Assembly (NCBI GenBank): GCA_038203095.1
Contig: JBBREH010000001.1
Location: forward strand, 431-64,430
Direction of reading: 5' to 3'
Source of the DNA: Candidatus Doudnabacteria bacterium
GTDB taxonomy: Bacteria > Patescibacteriota > Doudnabacteria > UBA920
DNA: 64,000 nt
The notes beneath the pieces were generated by a model. That model searched no databases and had not been told where the DNA came from. It saw only the letters and a list, made by a program, of their open reading frames with translations. A program made the position numbers and the translations under genes. Below are positions 19,283 through 27,668 of this stretch, piece after piece; the stretch's first letter is position 1; each line of letters opens with the position of its first letter.

Positions 19283-19290
19283 AGGGATCG

Positions 19291-19359
19291 ATTAAAGTGC
19301 CTTGGGAATGGACGGATAAAATTAGACAACTTAGGAACCTTGCCAAGCAAAAACGCTAG
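19291..19359 (+). pseudogene. Relic of a metK 3' end
   Basis: [22 protein letters not shown] versus met[22 protein letters not shown] (17619-17684), many synonymous differences. Confidence 0.85.
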
Positions 19360-19397
19360 GAGTATAATTACAAACGTCAGATAATTAAAATGAATTT

Positions 19398-20279
19398 ATG
19401 GCCTATATTATTATTTTAACAATCGTCATTTTATTGTTTTTATCTTCCATCCGGATTGTTCAGCAAAACACTGTGTATGTGATAGAAATGATGGGCCGTT
19501 TTAACCGTATTATGACTGCGGGCTTGAATTTTAAAATGCCGCTGTTTGAGCGTGTAGCCGAAAAAGTTACCTTGCGCCAGCAAAATTTCACCTTAAAGAA
19601 TATCTATCCTTCTAAAGATAAAGTGATTGTAGATATTGCCACCAACCTAATTTATTCGGTGGAAACCAGTTCCGAAGGCGTAAAAAAATATACCTATTCA
19701 TTACAAAGCCGCGCGCAGTCAATTGGCGCTATTATTGAAAACTCGCTTAGAACATATGTGGCTAAAGAAACTCATGAAGGCATTTTGGAAAAAAAGGAAG
19801 AATTGGCAGCGCATATTCGAATGGATTTGGAAAAACAGTTTTTTGAATGGGGTATGGTAATTAGCTCGTTCCAAATTACCGAAGTCAGCTTTCCGGCCAC
19901 TATTACCCAGGCCATGAGCGAAGTTGTGGCCAGCCAGCAGTTAATGAAGGCCGCGGCCAACCAGGGCGAAGCCACCAAAATTCGAGCGGTCAAAGAGGCG
20001 GAAGCGGAAAAAGAACGCAAGCGTCTGCAGGGTGAAGGTATTGCCTTAGAGCGCGAGGCTATTGCTACGGGCTTGCGCCAATCGGTTGAAATTATTAAAC
20101 AAGCTACCGGCCAAAGCAATGTAGAAATTATGGCGATTTTAACTTTAAATCAGTATTTGGACACAATGAAGAGCATTGGCGTTACGCCCAACACTAAAGT
20201 TTTGTTTCTTGATTCCAGTGCCGGCAAGACTGGTGAACTTATGAAGCAGTTTATGGCCGCGTTTGAAAGCGGGAAGTAG
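19398..20279 (+). CDS. SPFH/Band 7 (HflC/stomatin-like) protein
   Basis: N-terminal TM, VIEMMGRFNRIMTAGLNFKMP, AEAEKERKRLQGEGIA coiled coil. Confidence 0.9.
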   Translation: MAYIIILTIVILLFLSSIRIVQQNTVYVIEMMGRFNRIMTAGLNFKMPLFERVAEKVTLRQQNFTLKNIYPSKDKVIVDIATNLIYSVETSSEGVKKYTYSLQSRAQSIGAIIENSLRTYVAKETHEGILEKKEELAAHIRMDLEKQFFEWGMVISSFQITEVSFPATITQAMSEVVASQQLMKAAANQGEATKIRAVKEAEAEKERKRLQGEGIALEREAIATGLRQSVEIIKQATGQSNVEIMAILTLNQYLDTMKSIGVTPNTKVLFLDSSAGKTGELMKQFMAAFESGK

Positions 20280-20374
20280 CTGGAAAAATAATAATAACAA
20301 TAAAAATAACTATTACTACAAGCATCTTTGCTAAAGCAAAGATGCTTGTTTGTTGTTGTGCTACAATATAACAG

Positions 20375-22084
20375 ATGCAAAAAATGGTGATTAAGGTTGT
20401 AAAGATTATTATTGCCACAGCAATTTTTGCCTGGTTTGGTCTATTTTTGGCGCATAAAATAGATTTAACCACCGCGGATTTAGGCCGGCATATTGTTAAT
20501 GGATCGATAATTTTACACGGATCTTGGGCAGAGAAGTGGGCCGTGCTTAATACCAATTTTTATTCTTATACCTTACCTAATCAGCCATTTGTTAACCATC
20601 ACTGGGGGAGTGGAGTGGTTTTTTATTTAATTTTTTTGGCATTTGGATTTGCGGGGTTGTCTGTATTTTATGTAGGTTTGGGATTGGCGACGTTGTGGTT
20701 ATTTTTTGACGTAGCCAGAAGAGCGAGCAATTTTTGGATATCGTCTGCTGTGACAATTTCTCTAATCCCGTTGCTTTCGGCTCGCGCCGAAGTTCGTCCG
20801 GAAATGTTTACCTATTTTTTTACGGGAGTATTTTTTTGGGTGCTGTGGAAATCGCGGAATGACGCGGAACTTAACGCTGAAAGACGCGGAAGCTATAAGT
20901 TGCTCTGGATTTTGCCTATAATTGTTCTGCTTTGGGTTAATTTGCATATTGGTTTTGTGTTTGGGTTTTTGGTGCTGGGGGCGTTTGGATTGGAAGAAAT
21001 AATAAGGAATTTTCCATTCCGAATGCATCTGAGGAATCTGTTAAATCCAGGAACAGACAGATCCCTCCGTTCGCCCTCGGATGCACTCGGTCTTGGTTGG
21101 GATGGCAAATTACAAAAACTGATTATCATATCGGCGCTTTGCATTCTCGCAGGCTTAATAAATCCTTTTGGCTATAAACTGTTAATTTACCCCGCGCAAA
21201 TTTTTAAGAATTACGGTTATTTGATTGTAGAAAATCAATCCATCCGTTTTTTGGAGCGTCTAAATTTTGTTCAAGGCCAACACTTTTTACTTTTTAAACT
21301 GGCCGTGGCCGGGGTCATTATCAGTTTTATCGGAGTTGCCATAAGGTGGTGGAGAAAGATTGATATCACGATGTTGGTATTAGTCATAATCACAGCCTTT
21401 ATGGCTTATTTGGGAATTCGTAATTTTCCGTCTTTCGCGTTTTTCGCCTTGCCGGCCGCGGCCGGAAATTTGTATTTAATTAAACCGCAAAATCTTCATC
21501 GCGCGTACAAGTATTCGCTGTCAGTTATTCTTATTTTTATTGTAATTATTTGCGCCCAATCCCAGTACCAAACTTTTATGGAAATCAGGCCTGTTTTAGG
21601 TTTTGGTGTTTTGCCCGGTGTTAACCAGTCGGCTGATTTTTACAAGGCTAATAATCTTAAAGGTCCTATATTTAACAATTATGACGTTGGCGGATATTTA
21701 ATTTATCATTTATATCAAAAAAATCACCCCCTCCTAGCCTCCCCCATCAAGGGGGAGGAAGGGGGCACGGACACAAAGCTCTTTGTGGACAACAGGCCGG
21801 AAGCTTATACAACTGATTTTTTTGAAAATTCCTACAAACTGCCGCAAACGGACAGCCAAAAATGGCAGGAACTTGATAACCGGTATAATTTTAACTCCAT
21901 CTTTTTTTCCCACCGCGACTATACCCCGTGGGGTCAGGCGTTTTTAATTTCGCGAATACAGGATCCCACTTGGGCGCCGGTGTTTGTAGACACGTACAAT
22001 ATAATCTTTGTAAAAAGAAACCCACAGAACGCGGATTTAATTAAAAAATATGAACTACCAAAAAGTATGTTTGGCATTAAATAA
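20375..22084 (+). CDS. Polytopic membrane protein, GT-C-like glycosyltransferase, with three in-frame repeat insertions
   Basis: DLGRHIVNG, RPEMF, LWVNLHIGF, FNNYDVGGYLI, FVDNRPE; adjacent to a polyprenol-P GT2. Confidence 0.7.
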   Translation: MQKMVIKVVKIIIATAIFAWFGLFLAHKIDLTTADLGRHIVNGSIILHGSWAEKWAVLNTNFYSYTLPNQPFVNHHWGSGVVFYLIFLAFGFAGLSVFYVGLGLATLWLFFDVARRASNFWISSAVTISLIPLLSARAEVRPEMFTYFFTGVFFWVLWKSRNDAELNAERRGSYKLLWILPIIVLLWVNLHIGFVFGFLVLGAFGLEEIIRNFPFRMHLRNLLNPGTDRSLRSPSDALGLGWDGKLQKLIIISALCILAGLINPFGYKLLIYPAQIFKNYGYLIVENQSIRFLERLNFVQGQHFLLFKLAVAGVIISFIGVAIRWWRKIDITMLVLVIITAFMAYLGIRNFPSFAFFALPAAAGNLYLIKPQNLHRAYKYSLSVILIFIVIICAQSQYQTFMEIRPVLGFGVLPGVNQSADFYKANNLKGPIFNNYDVGGYLIYHLYQKNHPLLASPIKGEEGGTDTKLFVDNRPEAYTTDFFENSYKLPQTDSQKWQELDNRYNFNSIFFSHRDYTPWGQAFLISRIQDPTWAPVFVDTYNIIFVKRNPQNADLIKKYELPKSMFGIK

Positions 22085-22200
22085 TTGACAAGATTGAGCA
22101 AGATTTTCATGCCAGAGGCAGATCCACCTTCGGCGGAAAATGATTGACAACATTGGAATGCAATTGTCTTTATAATCTTTTAAATCATGTTAATCAACTT
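22085..22200. repeat. Inverted-arm intergenic element with a nested small hairpin
   Basis: TTGACAAGATTGAGCAAGATTTT ... AATCTTTTAAATCATGTTAATCAA; spans stop to start. Confidence 0.6.
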
Positions 22201-22932
22201 ATGAAGCTGTCAATAATCATCCCAGCGCACAATGAAGAAAAAACCATTGCTCAGGTTTTGGAGCAGGTTTTAAAAGTGGATTTGGACGGGTGGGAGAAAG
22301 AGGTGGTTGTGGTGGATGACGGAAGTAGTGACGGGACAGGTACTATCCTGGAAAAGATTTGTAGCGTGCCCATTTATGGGCATTCCGGATCGCCGATAAA
22401 TCGGCACGCTACACTTATTAGCCACCCCACCAATCTCGGCAAAGGCGCGGCAATAAAATCGGCTTTGGTCAAAGCCACCGGGGATTACGTAATTATTCAG
22501 GACGCGGATTTGGAGTATAATCCGGGCGATATCGTTAATCTTTTATCGTTTATCCCTGACGATGGAAAACATCGGATTGCCATTTTTGGCAAGCGCGGTT
22601 ATAAAGCTTATCCGGAGCGCGGCTTCCACTATGTTATTGGCGCGTGGTTGCTTACTACTTTTTATAACTTGCTTTATGGCCAGCAACTTACGGATCTTTA
22701 CACTGGCTACAAATTAATCCCGACACGCATTTTTAAAGAACTAAACATTGAGTCCAACGGTTTTGAATTTGAAGCCGAAGTGGCTTGTAAGCTGGTGAAA
22801 AAAAATGTTATTATAAAGGAAGTAGAAATTAGTTATTTACCCAGAAACAAAGCTCAAGGTAAACATATTCGCTTTGTTGACGCCGTGAAAGGTTTTTGGA
22901 CTATTGTTAAAATTAGGCTATTTAAGAATTGA
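22201..22932 (+). CDS. GT2 glycosyltransferase (polyprenol-phosphate sugar synthase-like)
   Basis: LSIIIPAHNEE, VDDGSSDGT, NLGKGAA, QDADLEY, TDLYTGYK. Confidence 0.9.
   Translation: MKLSIIIPAHNEEKTIAQVLEQVLKVDLDGWEKEVVVVDDGSSDGTGTILEKICSVPIYGHSGSPINRHATLISHPTNLGKGAAIKSALVKATGDYVIIQDADLEYNPGDIVNLLSFIPDDGKHRIAIFGKRGYKAYPERGFHYVIGAWLLTTFYNLLYGQQLTDLYTGYKLIPTRIFKELNIESNGFEFEAEVACKLVKKNVIIKEVEISYLPRNKAQGKHIRFVDAVKGFWTIVKIRLFKN
22360..22413. repeat. GTAG REP doublet inserted in frame (18 codons) in the GT2 gene
   Basis: TGTAGCGTGCC...GGCACGCTACA encodes CSVPIYGHSGSPINRHAT. Confidence 0.8.
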
Positions 22933-23891
22933 TGCCAAACAGTGAGAGAATTTTAGTTGGAGGTGGCCCCAGCACATTGTTCGATGTTAGGGTTAAGGGC
23001 CGGGAAACAGAAACTTATCCTCCAGTTTTATTGACACAGGCAGAACAAGATTTTGCCGGGCAACTTTTTTTAGAATTGGAGAGCAAAGTAACTAGTTTTA
23101 GCGATTTTAAAGATTTCCCCAAAATTTTGATTGAGCAATTTCTTAAAGAATATACTGAGAAAGAGGAAGTGATTACAAAAATTTTTTTGCGGGAATTGGG
23201 CCTGATTGATTTTAAGTCGCTACTGTACCCCGGCACCAAGGAGAGTTTGCTTAAGGCCACTGAAATTTATGGCCCAAAATTAAAGAGTGTGCATTTATGG
23301 TCGCAGGGGGATGTAGATGCAACCGGCCATCAGACAAATAAAATTTTTAGAACCGGTTTAGGCGCGATTTTAAAGAGTTCCCGGGCGGCAAGTTTAAAGG
23401 ACAAACTTTTTTGGAATATCCGGACAGATAAATTTGCAAACATAGAAGGCATGCTTGATTCTGTTGCGGAGGGCCAGAAAGAGAAAGTGGTAGTAATTGA
23501 AGACAGTGTTGAGAATATTAAAAAAGTAACCAATATGTTGAAAGATAGGGCAACTGTTTTTCCGATTTGGGCTAATTACAGCCGCCGCGGCGCTAGTTTG
23601 CGAAAGAATAATCTTGAAGAATTTGAGCGACTAAAGAAGGAATATAACGGAATTGATTCTTTGGCGGAAATTTCTAGCAGAGAGAAAGAATTTGGGGAAG
23701 TATTCAAAGATGCCCATTTATTTTTGGATTTTGACGGGGTTTTAGCCAATAATGAAGAGCTTAGGCGGGTTAACGGTGAAGCTTTGCTCAAGGCATTTAT
23801 TATTGGACTTGGGGCGGGTAACCAAGAAAGGCAAAAATTAGTTGAAGAAATTCGGACAAAATTAAACTTGATCTCGCCTGAAAAAAATTAA
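22932..23891 (+). CDS. HAD-superfamily-like protein with permuted motif order
   Basis: LYPG, LWSQG, VVIEDS, then C-terminal FLDFDGVL. Confidence 0.6.
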   Translation: MPNSERILVGGGPSTLFDVRVKGRETETYPPVLLTQAEQDFAGQLFLELESKVTSFSDFKDFPKILIEQFLKEYTEKEEVITKIFLRELGLIDFKSLLYPGTKESLLKATEIYGPKLKSVHLWSQGDVDATGHQTNKIFRTGLGAILKSSRAASLKDKLFWNIRTDKFANIEGMLDSVAEGQKEKVVVIEDSVENIKKVTNMLKDRATVFPIWANYSRRGASLRKNNLEEFERLKKEYNGIDSLAEISSREKEFGEVFKDAHLFLDFDGVLANNEELRRVNGEALLKAFIIGLGAGNQERQKLVEEIRTKLNLISPEKN

Positions 23892-23905
23892 TAGTAAATA
23901 AATTT

Positions 23906-24898
23906 ATGGATAGAAATTTAGCTTTGGAATTTGTGCGGGTAACTGAGGCGGCGGCTATTGCAGCTAGTAAGTGGATAGGCAAGGGTGACGGTAAAAAGGC
24001 TGATGGCGCGGCAGTAGATGAAATGCGGTCGCGTTTTAATCAGATAGATTTTAAAGGCGTGGTGGTAATTGGTGAGGGGCAGAAAGACGAGGCGCCGGAA
24101 CTTTACACCGGGGAGAAGGTGGGACTTGGATGGAAAAACTCCAACCACCCCGGCCTTTCAGGCCACCCCTCCTTGAAAAGGAGGGGAGACTCCGTGTTTG
24201 ACCTTGCTGTTGACCCGCTTGAATGTACCGACAGCGTGGCTTATGGGCGTTATAATGCGATTGCGGTTATTGCGGCCGGAGCGCGGGGCTCGCTTTTAAG
24301 TGCGCCCGATACTTATATGGAAAAGTTGGCGGCCGGGCCAAAGGCTGCTAAAGTAATTAAAATGGGTGCGCCGGTTAAGCTAAACATTGAACGTACGGCC
24401 AAGGCTCTTGGTAAAAAAGTTGGGGATGTTACGGTGTGCATAATGGATAGAGAGCGCCATAAAGATTTAATTGGTCAGGTAAGAAAAATAGGCGCCAGAG
24501 TGCGGCTAATTACAGACGGCGACGTAGCGGGCGGGATAGCAACGTGTATGCCAGAATCGGGGATAGACCTGCTTATGGGCATTGGCGCTTCCGCAGAGGC
24601 AGTTTTGGCCGCCACAGCCATTAAAATTCTGGGTGGGCAAATATTCGCTCGCTTTAACCCAATGAAAGAAGCTCATCATCAATTGTTAAAAAAAGCCGGC
24701 CTTAACGACAAAAAAATTTACTCTGTAAACGACCTGGCCAAAGGTCAAACCCTAACCTTTACCGCCACAGGCATTATTGACGGCCCACTGCTTCAAGGGG
24801 TGAGGGTTGAGGGTAGCTACATTATAACCCATTCGATAGTAATCCGCGGTCAGAGCGGAACAATAAGATATATAACAACGCATCATAAGGAGAAATAG
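23906..24898 (+). CDS. glpX: Class II fructose-1,6-bisphosphatase
   Basis: VRVTEAAAIAA, ADGAAV, IGEG.KDEAP, AVDPLE, DGDVAG, FTATG. Confidence 0.95.
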   Translation: MDRNLALEFVRVTEAAAIAASKWIGKGDGKKADGAAVDEMRSRFNQIDFKGVVVIGEGQKDEAPELYTGEKVGLGWKNSNHPGLSGHPSLKRRGDSVFDLAVDPLECTDSVAYGRYNAIAVIAAGARGSLLSAPDTYMEKLAAGPKAAKVIKMGAPVKLNIERTAKALGKKVGDVTVCIMDRERHKDLIGQVRKIGARVRLITDGDVAGGIATCMPESGIDLLMGIGASAEAVLAATAIKILGGQIFARFNPMKEAHHQLLKKAGLNDKKIYSVNDLAKGQTLTFTATGIIDGPLLQGVRVEGSYIITHSIVIRGQSGTIRYITTHHKEK

Positions 24899-25345
24899 AA
24901 TTTTTAATTTTCAATTTGTAATTTTTAAACAATGTACAAATTTTATAATTATGAAGTATGATTTAGAGGAAAGAACGAGAAAATTTTCAAAAGAATTGAT
25001 TAGGTTTTTGAAAACGATTAAATCAAATTTAATAAACCAATCAATTATTTCTCAATTGGTTAGGTCTGCAACCAGTGTCGGAGCGAATTACTGTGAAGCG
25101 AATGCGGCTAGCTCTAAGAAAGATTTTACGAATAAAATATTTATTTGCAGGAAAGAAATTCAAGAAACAAAATATTGGTTTGAATTATTGGCAGAATCTA
25201 ATCCCGAAAGCAAAGATGAATTAAGAAAATTTTGGAAAGAAGCTCATGAATTGACGTTAATATTTAATAAAATATCAACATCTTTAAGATCAAAATTAGA
25301 AAATTGAAGAATTGTTTATAAATTAAAAATTGAAAATTAAAAATT
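24899..25345 (+). mobile_element. Four-helix-bundle cassette bounded by 35-bp inverted repeat arms
   Basis: Arms 24899-24933 and 25311-25345 are 33/35 complementary and abut the glpX stop and fba start exactly. Confidence 0.7.
24951..25307 (+). CDS. Four-helix-bundle protein (23S rRNA IVP / bAvd-like family)
   Basis: DLEERT, QLVRSATSVGANYCEA, SKKDF..K..ICRKE..ET.YW. Confidence 0.92.
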   Translation: MKYDLEERTRKFSKELIRFLKTIKSNLINQSIISQLVRSATSVGANYCEANAASSKKDFTNKIFICRKEIQETKYWFELLAESNPESKDELRKFWKEAHELTLIFNKISTSLRSKLEN

Positions 25346-26389
25346 ATGAATACATCTGAACTCAACAAAACCGCCAAACAAATGGTCGCGCCCGGGAAGG
25401 GGATTTTGGCCGCGGATGAGAGCGAGAAGACTGTGGGAAAAAGATTCGCTTCTATAAATTTAGAAAATAATGAAGCTAACCGCAAGGCTTTCCGGGAAAT
25501 GCTTTTAACGGCTCCCGGTGAAAATCAGTATGTGAGTGGTGTAATTTTACACGACGAGACCATTCGCCAAAGTTTAGATGATGGAAGAAGTTTTGTATCA
25601 ATTTTGCAAAATCAAAACATTTTACCGGGCATAAAAGTGGATTTGGGACTGCAAGAAGTTGGTACTGAAAAGCTTACTAAGGGCCTGGAAGGGTTGGACA
25701 CAAGACTTAAGGAATATACTGCCCTGGGCGCGAAATTTTGCAAATGGAGGGCGGTAATTACCATTGGCCAAGGAACCCCGACTCCTGAAAATATTCGTCA
25801 AAATGTTAAAGATTTAGCCCAATATGCGTTGGTTTGCCAGCAAAATGGACTGGTGCCAATTGTGGAGCCGGAAGTTTTGTTGGATGGTAATCACACCATA
25901 GAACAAAGCGAAGCGGCATTGGAAAAAACCTTAAAAGCACTAGTTGAGGAACTGACAGCCGCGGGCGTAAGTTTTGAGGGCGCGATTTTAAAAAGTAGTA
26001 TGGTGTTGCCGGGTAAAGATTCAGGCTCCAAAGCCACACCCGAGCAGGTTGCCGCAGCAACTATGCGTGTCTTTCAAAAGACTTTGCCGGCCAATTTAGC
26101 CGGAGTGGTGTTTTTGTCCGGCGGACAGGGTGATGTGGAAGCCACAGAAAATCTTAACGCCATAAATCAGCTGGGCTCACAAGCCTGGGCATTAAGTTTT
26201 TCTTACGCCCGGGCGCTTCAGGACGCAGCTACCAAAACTTGGACCGGTAAAAAAGAAAATTTGGCGGCGGCGCAAAAAGTCTTTTTGTTTCGGGTCAAAA
26301 TGAATAGCTTAGCCAGCCAGGGAAAATATTCAGCGTCTATGGAAGAAGTTGGTATGGCGTCTGCCAGCGCTTCAGCAAGTCAGAATTAA
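25346..26389 (+). CDS. fba: Class I fructose-bisphosphate aldolase
   Basis: GKGILAADES, PGIKVD, KWRAV, VPIVEPEV, FLSGGQ, SFSYARALQ. Confidence 0.95.
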   Translation: MNTSELNKTAKQMVAPGKGILAADESEKTVGKRFASINLENNEANRKAFREMLLTAPGENQYVSGVILHDETIRQSLDDGRSFVSILQNQNILPGIKVDLGLQEVGTEKLTKGLEGLDTRLKEYTALGAKFCKWRAVITIGQGTPTPENIRQNVKDLAQYALVCQQNGLVPIVEPEVLLDGNHTIEQSEAALEKTLKALVEELTAAGVSFEGAILKSSMVLPGKDSGSKATPEQVAAATMRVFQKTLPANLAGVVFLSGGQGDVEATENLNAINQLGSQAWALSFSYARALQDAATKTWTGKKENLAAAQKVFLFRVKMNSLASQGKYSASMEEVGMASASASASQN

Positions 26390-26473
26390 AATAATTGCAG
26401 ATTTGAGATTGCAGATTTTAGAATTACTGCAGTCCGAATCCTAAATCTAAAATCCTAAATCTAAAATTTTATT
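26390..26473. repeat. Inverted 7-nt repeat array between fba and LOG (empty element)
   Basis: GCAGATTTGAGATTGCAGATTTTAGA ... AATCCTAAATCTAAAATCCTAAATCTAAAAT; spans stop to start. Confidence 0.75.
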
Positions 26474-27181
26474 ATGCCCCAAACCAAAAAAGCCAAGTTT
26501 ATACCAATTGTGCATTTAGAAAAAGTCCGCAAAGGCCATGTCAAAGCCGTACCGCAGTGGATGATAAAAAAGATTTCCGCTGAGTTTCTTAAAGGTTTTA
26601 AATTTTTGACCAAGTACAAAAAAGCCGTAAGCATTATGGGTTCGGCCAGAGTGGGTTTAAAAAATGGGGTTTATGATGAGGCAACTAAGCTAACGCATAA
26701 GCTCTCCAAGGCGGGTTTTGCCATAGTTACCGGTGGTGGACCGGGGATTATGGAAGCAGCTAATAAAGGCGCGTTTGAGGCCGGCGGTCAGTCTGTTGGC
26801 ATTAATATTCGCCTGCCTTTTGAACAGCGAACTAACAAATATGTAAAAGAATCGGAAGATTTTTCTTATTTTTTTACACGTAAGGTTATGCTGGAATACG
26901 CCTCTCAAATTTATGTATTTTTTCCCGGGGGTTTTGGTACGCTGGATGAGTTTTTTGAAATGATCACGCTAATCCAAACCGGAAAGGTTCATCCGGTGCC
27001 GGTAATTTTGGTCAATAAAGAATTTTGGTCTCCGCTATTAAAATGGATAGAAACTACAATCTACGAAAAAAATAACGCGATTAATAAAAACGATATGGAC
27101 CTTTACCATTTAGTCGACACAGCAGAAGAGGCGTACGAGGAAATAAAGGTTTTGGCAAAAGAAAAGCATTTGTTTAATTAG
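26474..27181 (+). CDS. LOG family protein (TIGR00730-like)
   Basis: [26 protein letters not shown]. Confidence 0.92.
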   Translation: MPQTKKAKFIPIVHLEKVRKGHVKAVPQWMIKKISAEFLKGFKFLTKYKKAVSIMGSARVGLKNGVYDEATKLTHKLSKAGFAIVTGGGPGIMEAANKGAFEAGGQSVGINIRLPFEQRTNKYVKESEDFSYFFTRKVMLEYASQIYVFFPGGFGTLDEFFEMITLIQTGKVHPVPVILVNKEFWSPLLKWIETTIYEKNNAINKNDMDLYHLVDTAEEAYEEIKVLAKEKHLFN

Positions 27182-27668
27182 GGGGAAAGGAGACAAGCAA
27201 ACAAGCAAACAAGGAGACAAATAAATAGCTTTAAAGATATATTTGCTTGGCAAAAGGCTCATTTATTAGCCTTGGAAGTTTACAGACTGTCAAAAAAATA
27301 TCCGAAAGACGAGTTATATGGATTGACCAGCCAAACTCGTAGAGCAGTGGTTTCTGTGGCTTCAAATTTGGTTGAAGGTTTTAAGCGAGCAGACAATAAG
27401 GAAGATTCACATTTTTGTAATATAGCTCAGGCTTCTTTAGAGGAAGTTAGATATCAGTTACTTCTGGCGAGAGATCTGGGTTATATTAGTAATCTTGAAT
27501 GTGAAAAGACGGAGCAATTATCCGAAGAAGTTTCTAAGTTGATTTATTTGTGGATGAAAAGTAAGAAATAAGTAAGCAAGGAGACAGGGAGTCAAGCAAT
27601 TAAGGATACAAGCTTAAATGCGGAGCGCTTGTTTGCTTGTTTGCTTGTCCCCCTTAACATACTTTCCT
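27182..27668 (+). mobile_element. Four-helix-bundle cassette bounded by (ACAAGCAA)n inverted arms
   Basis: 27186-27213 and 27628-27655 are 26/28 complementary (22-bp perfect core); spans LOG stop to tal start. Confidence 0.7.
27221..27571 (+). CDS. Four-helix-bundle protein (start codon uncertain)
   Basis: INSFKDIFAWQKAH, PKDELYGLTSQ.RRA.VSV.SN..EG, AQASLEE; the conserved N-terminus lies upstream of the TTG at 27272. Confidence 0.85.
   Translation: MNSFKDIFAWQKAHLLALEVYRLSKKYPKDELYGLTSQTRRAVVSVASNLVEGFKRADNKEDSHFCNIAQASLEEVRYQLLLARDLGYISNLECEKTEQLSEEVSKLIYLWMKSKK

Noticed and set aside
24951-27571. Four-helix-bundle genes as part of a diversity-generating retroelement or an rRNA intervening sequence
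   Set aside because: No reverse transcriptase, no TR/VR pair with adenine-specific mismatches seen, and no rRNA gene here
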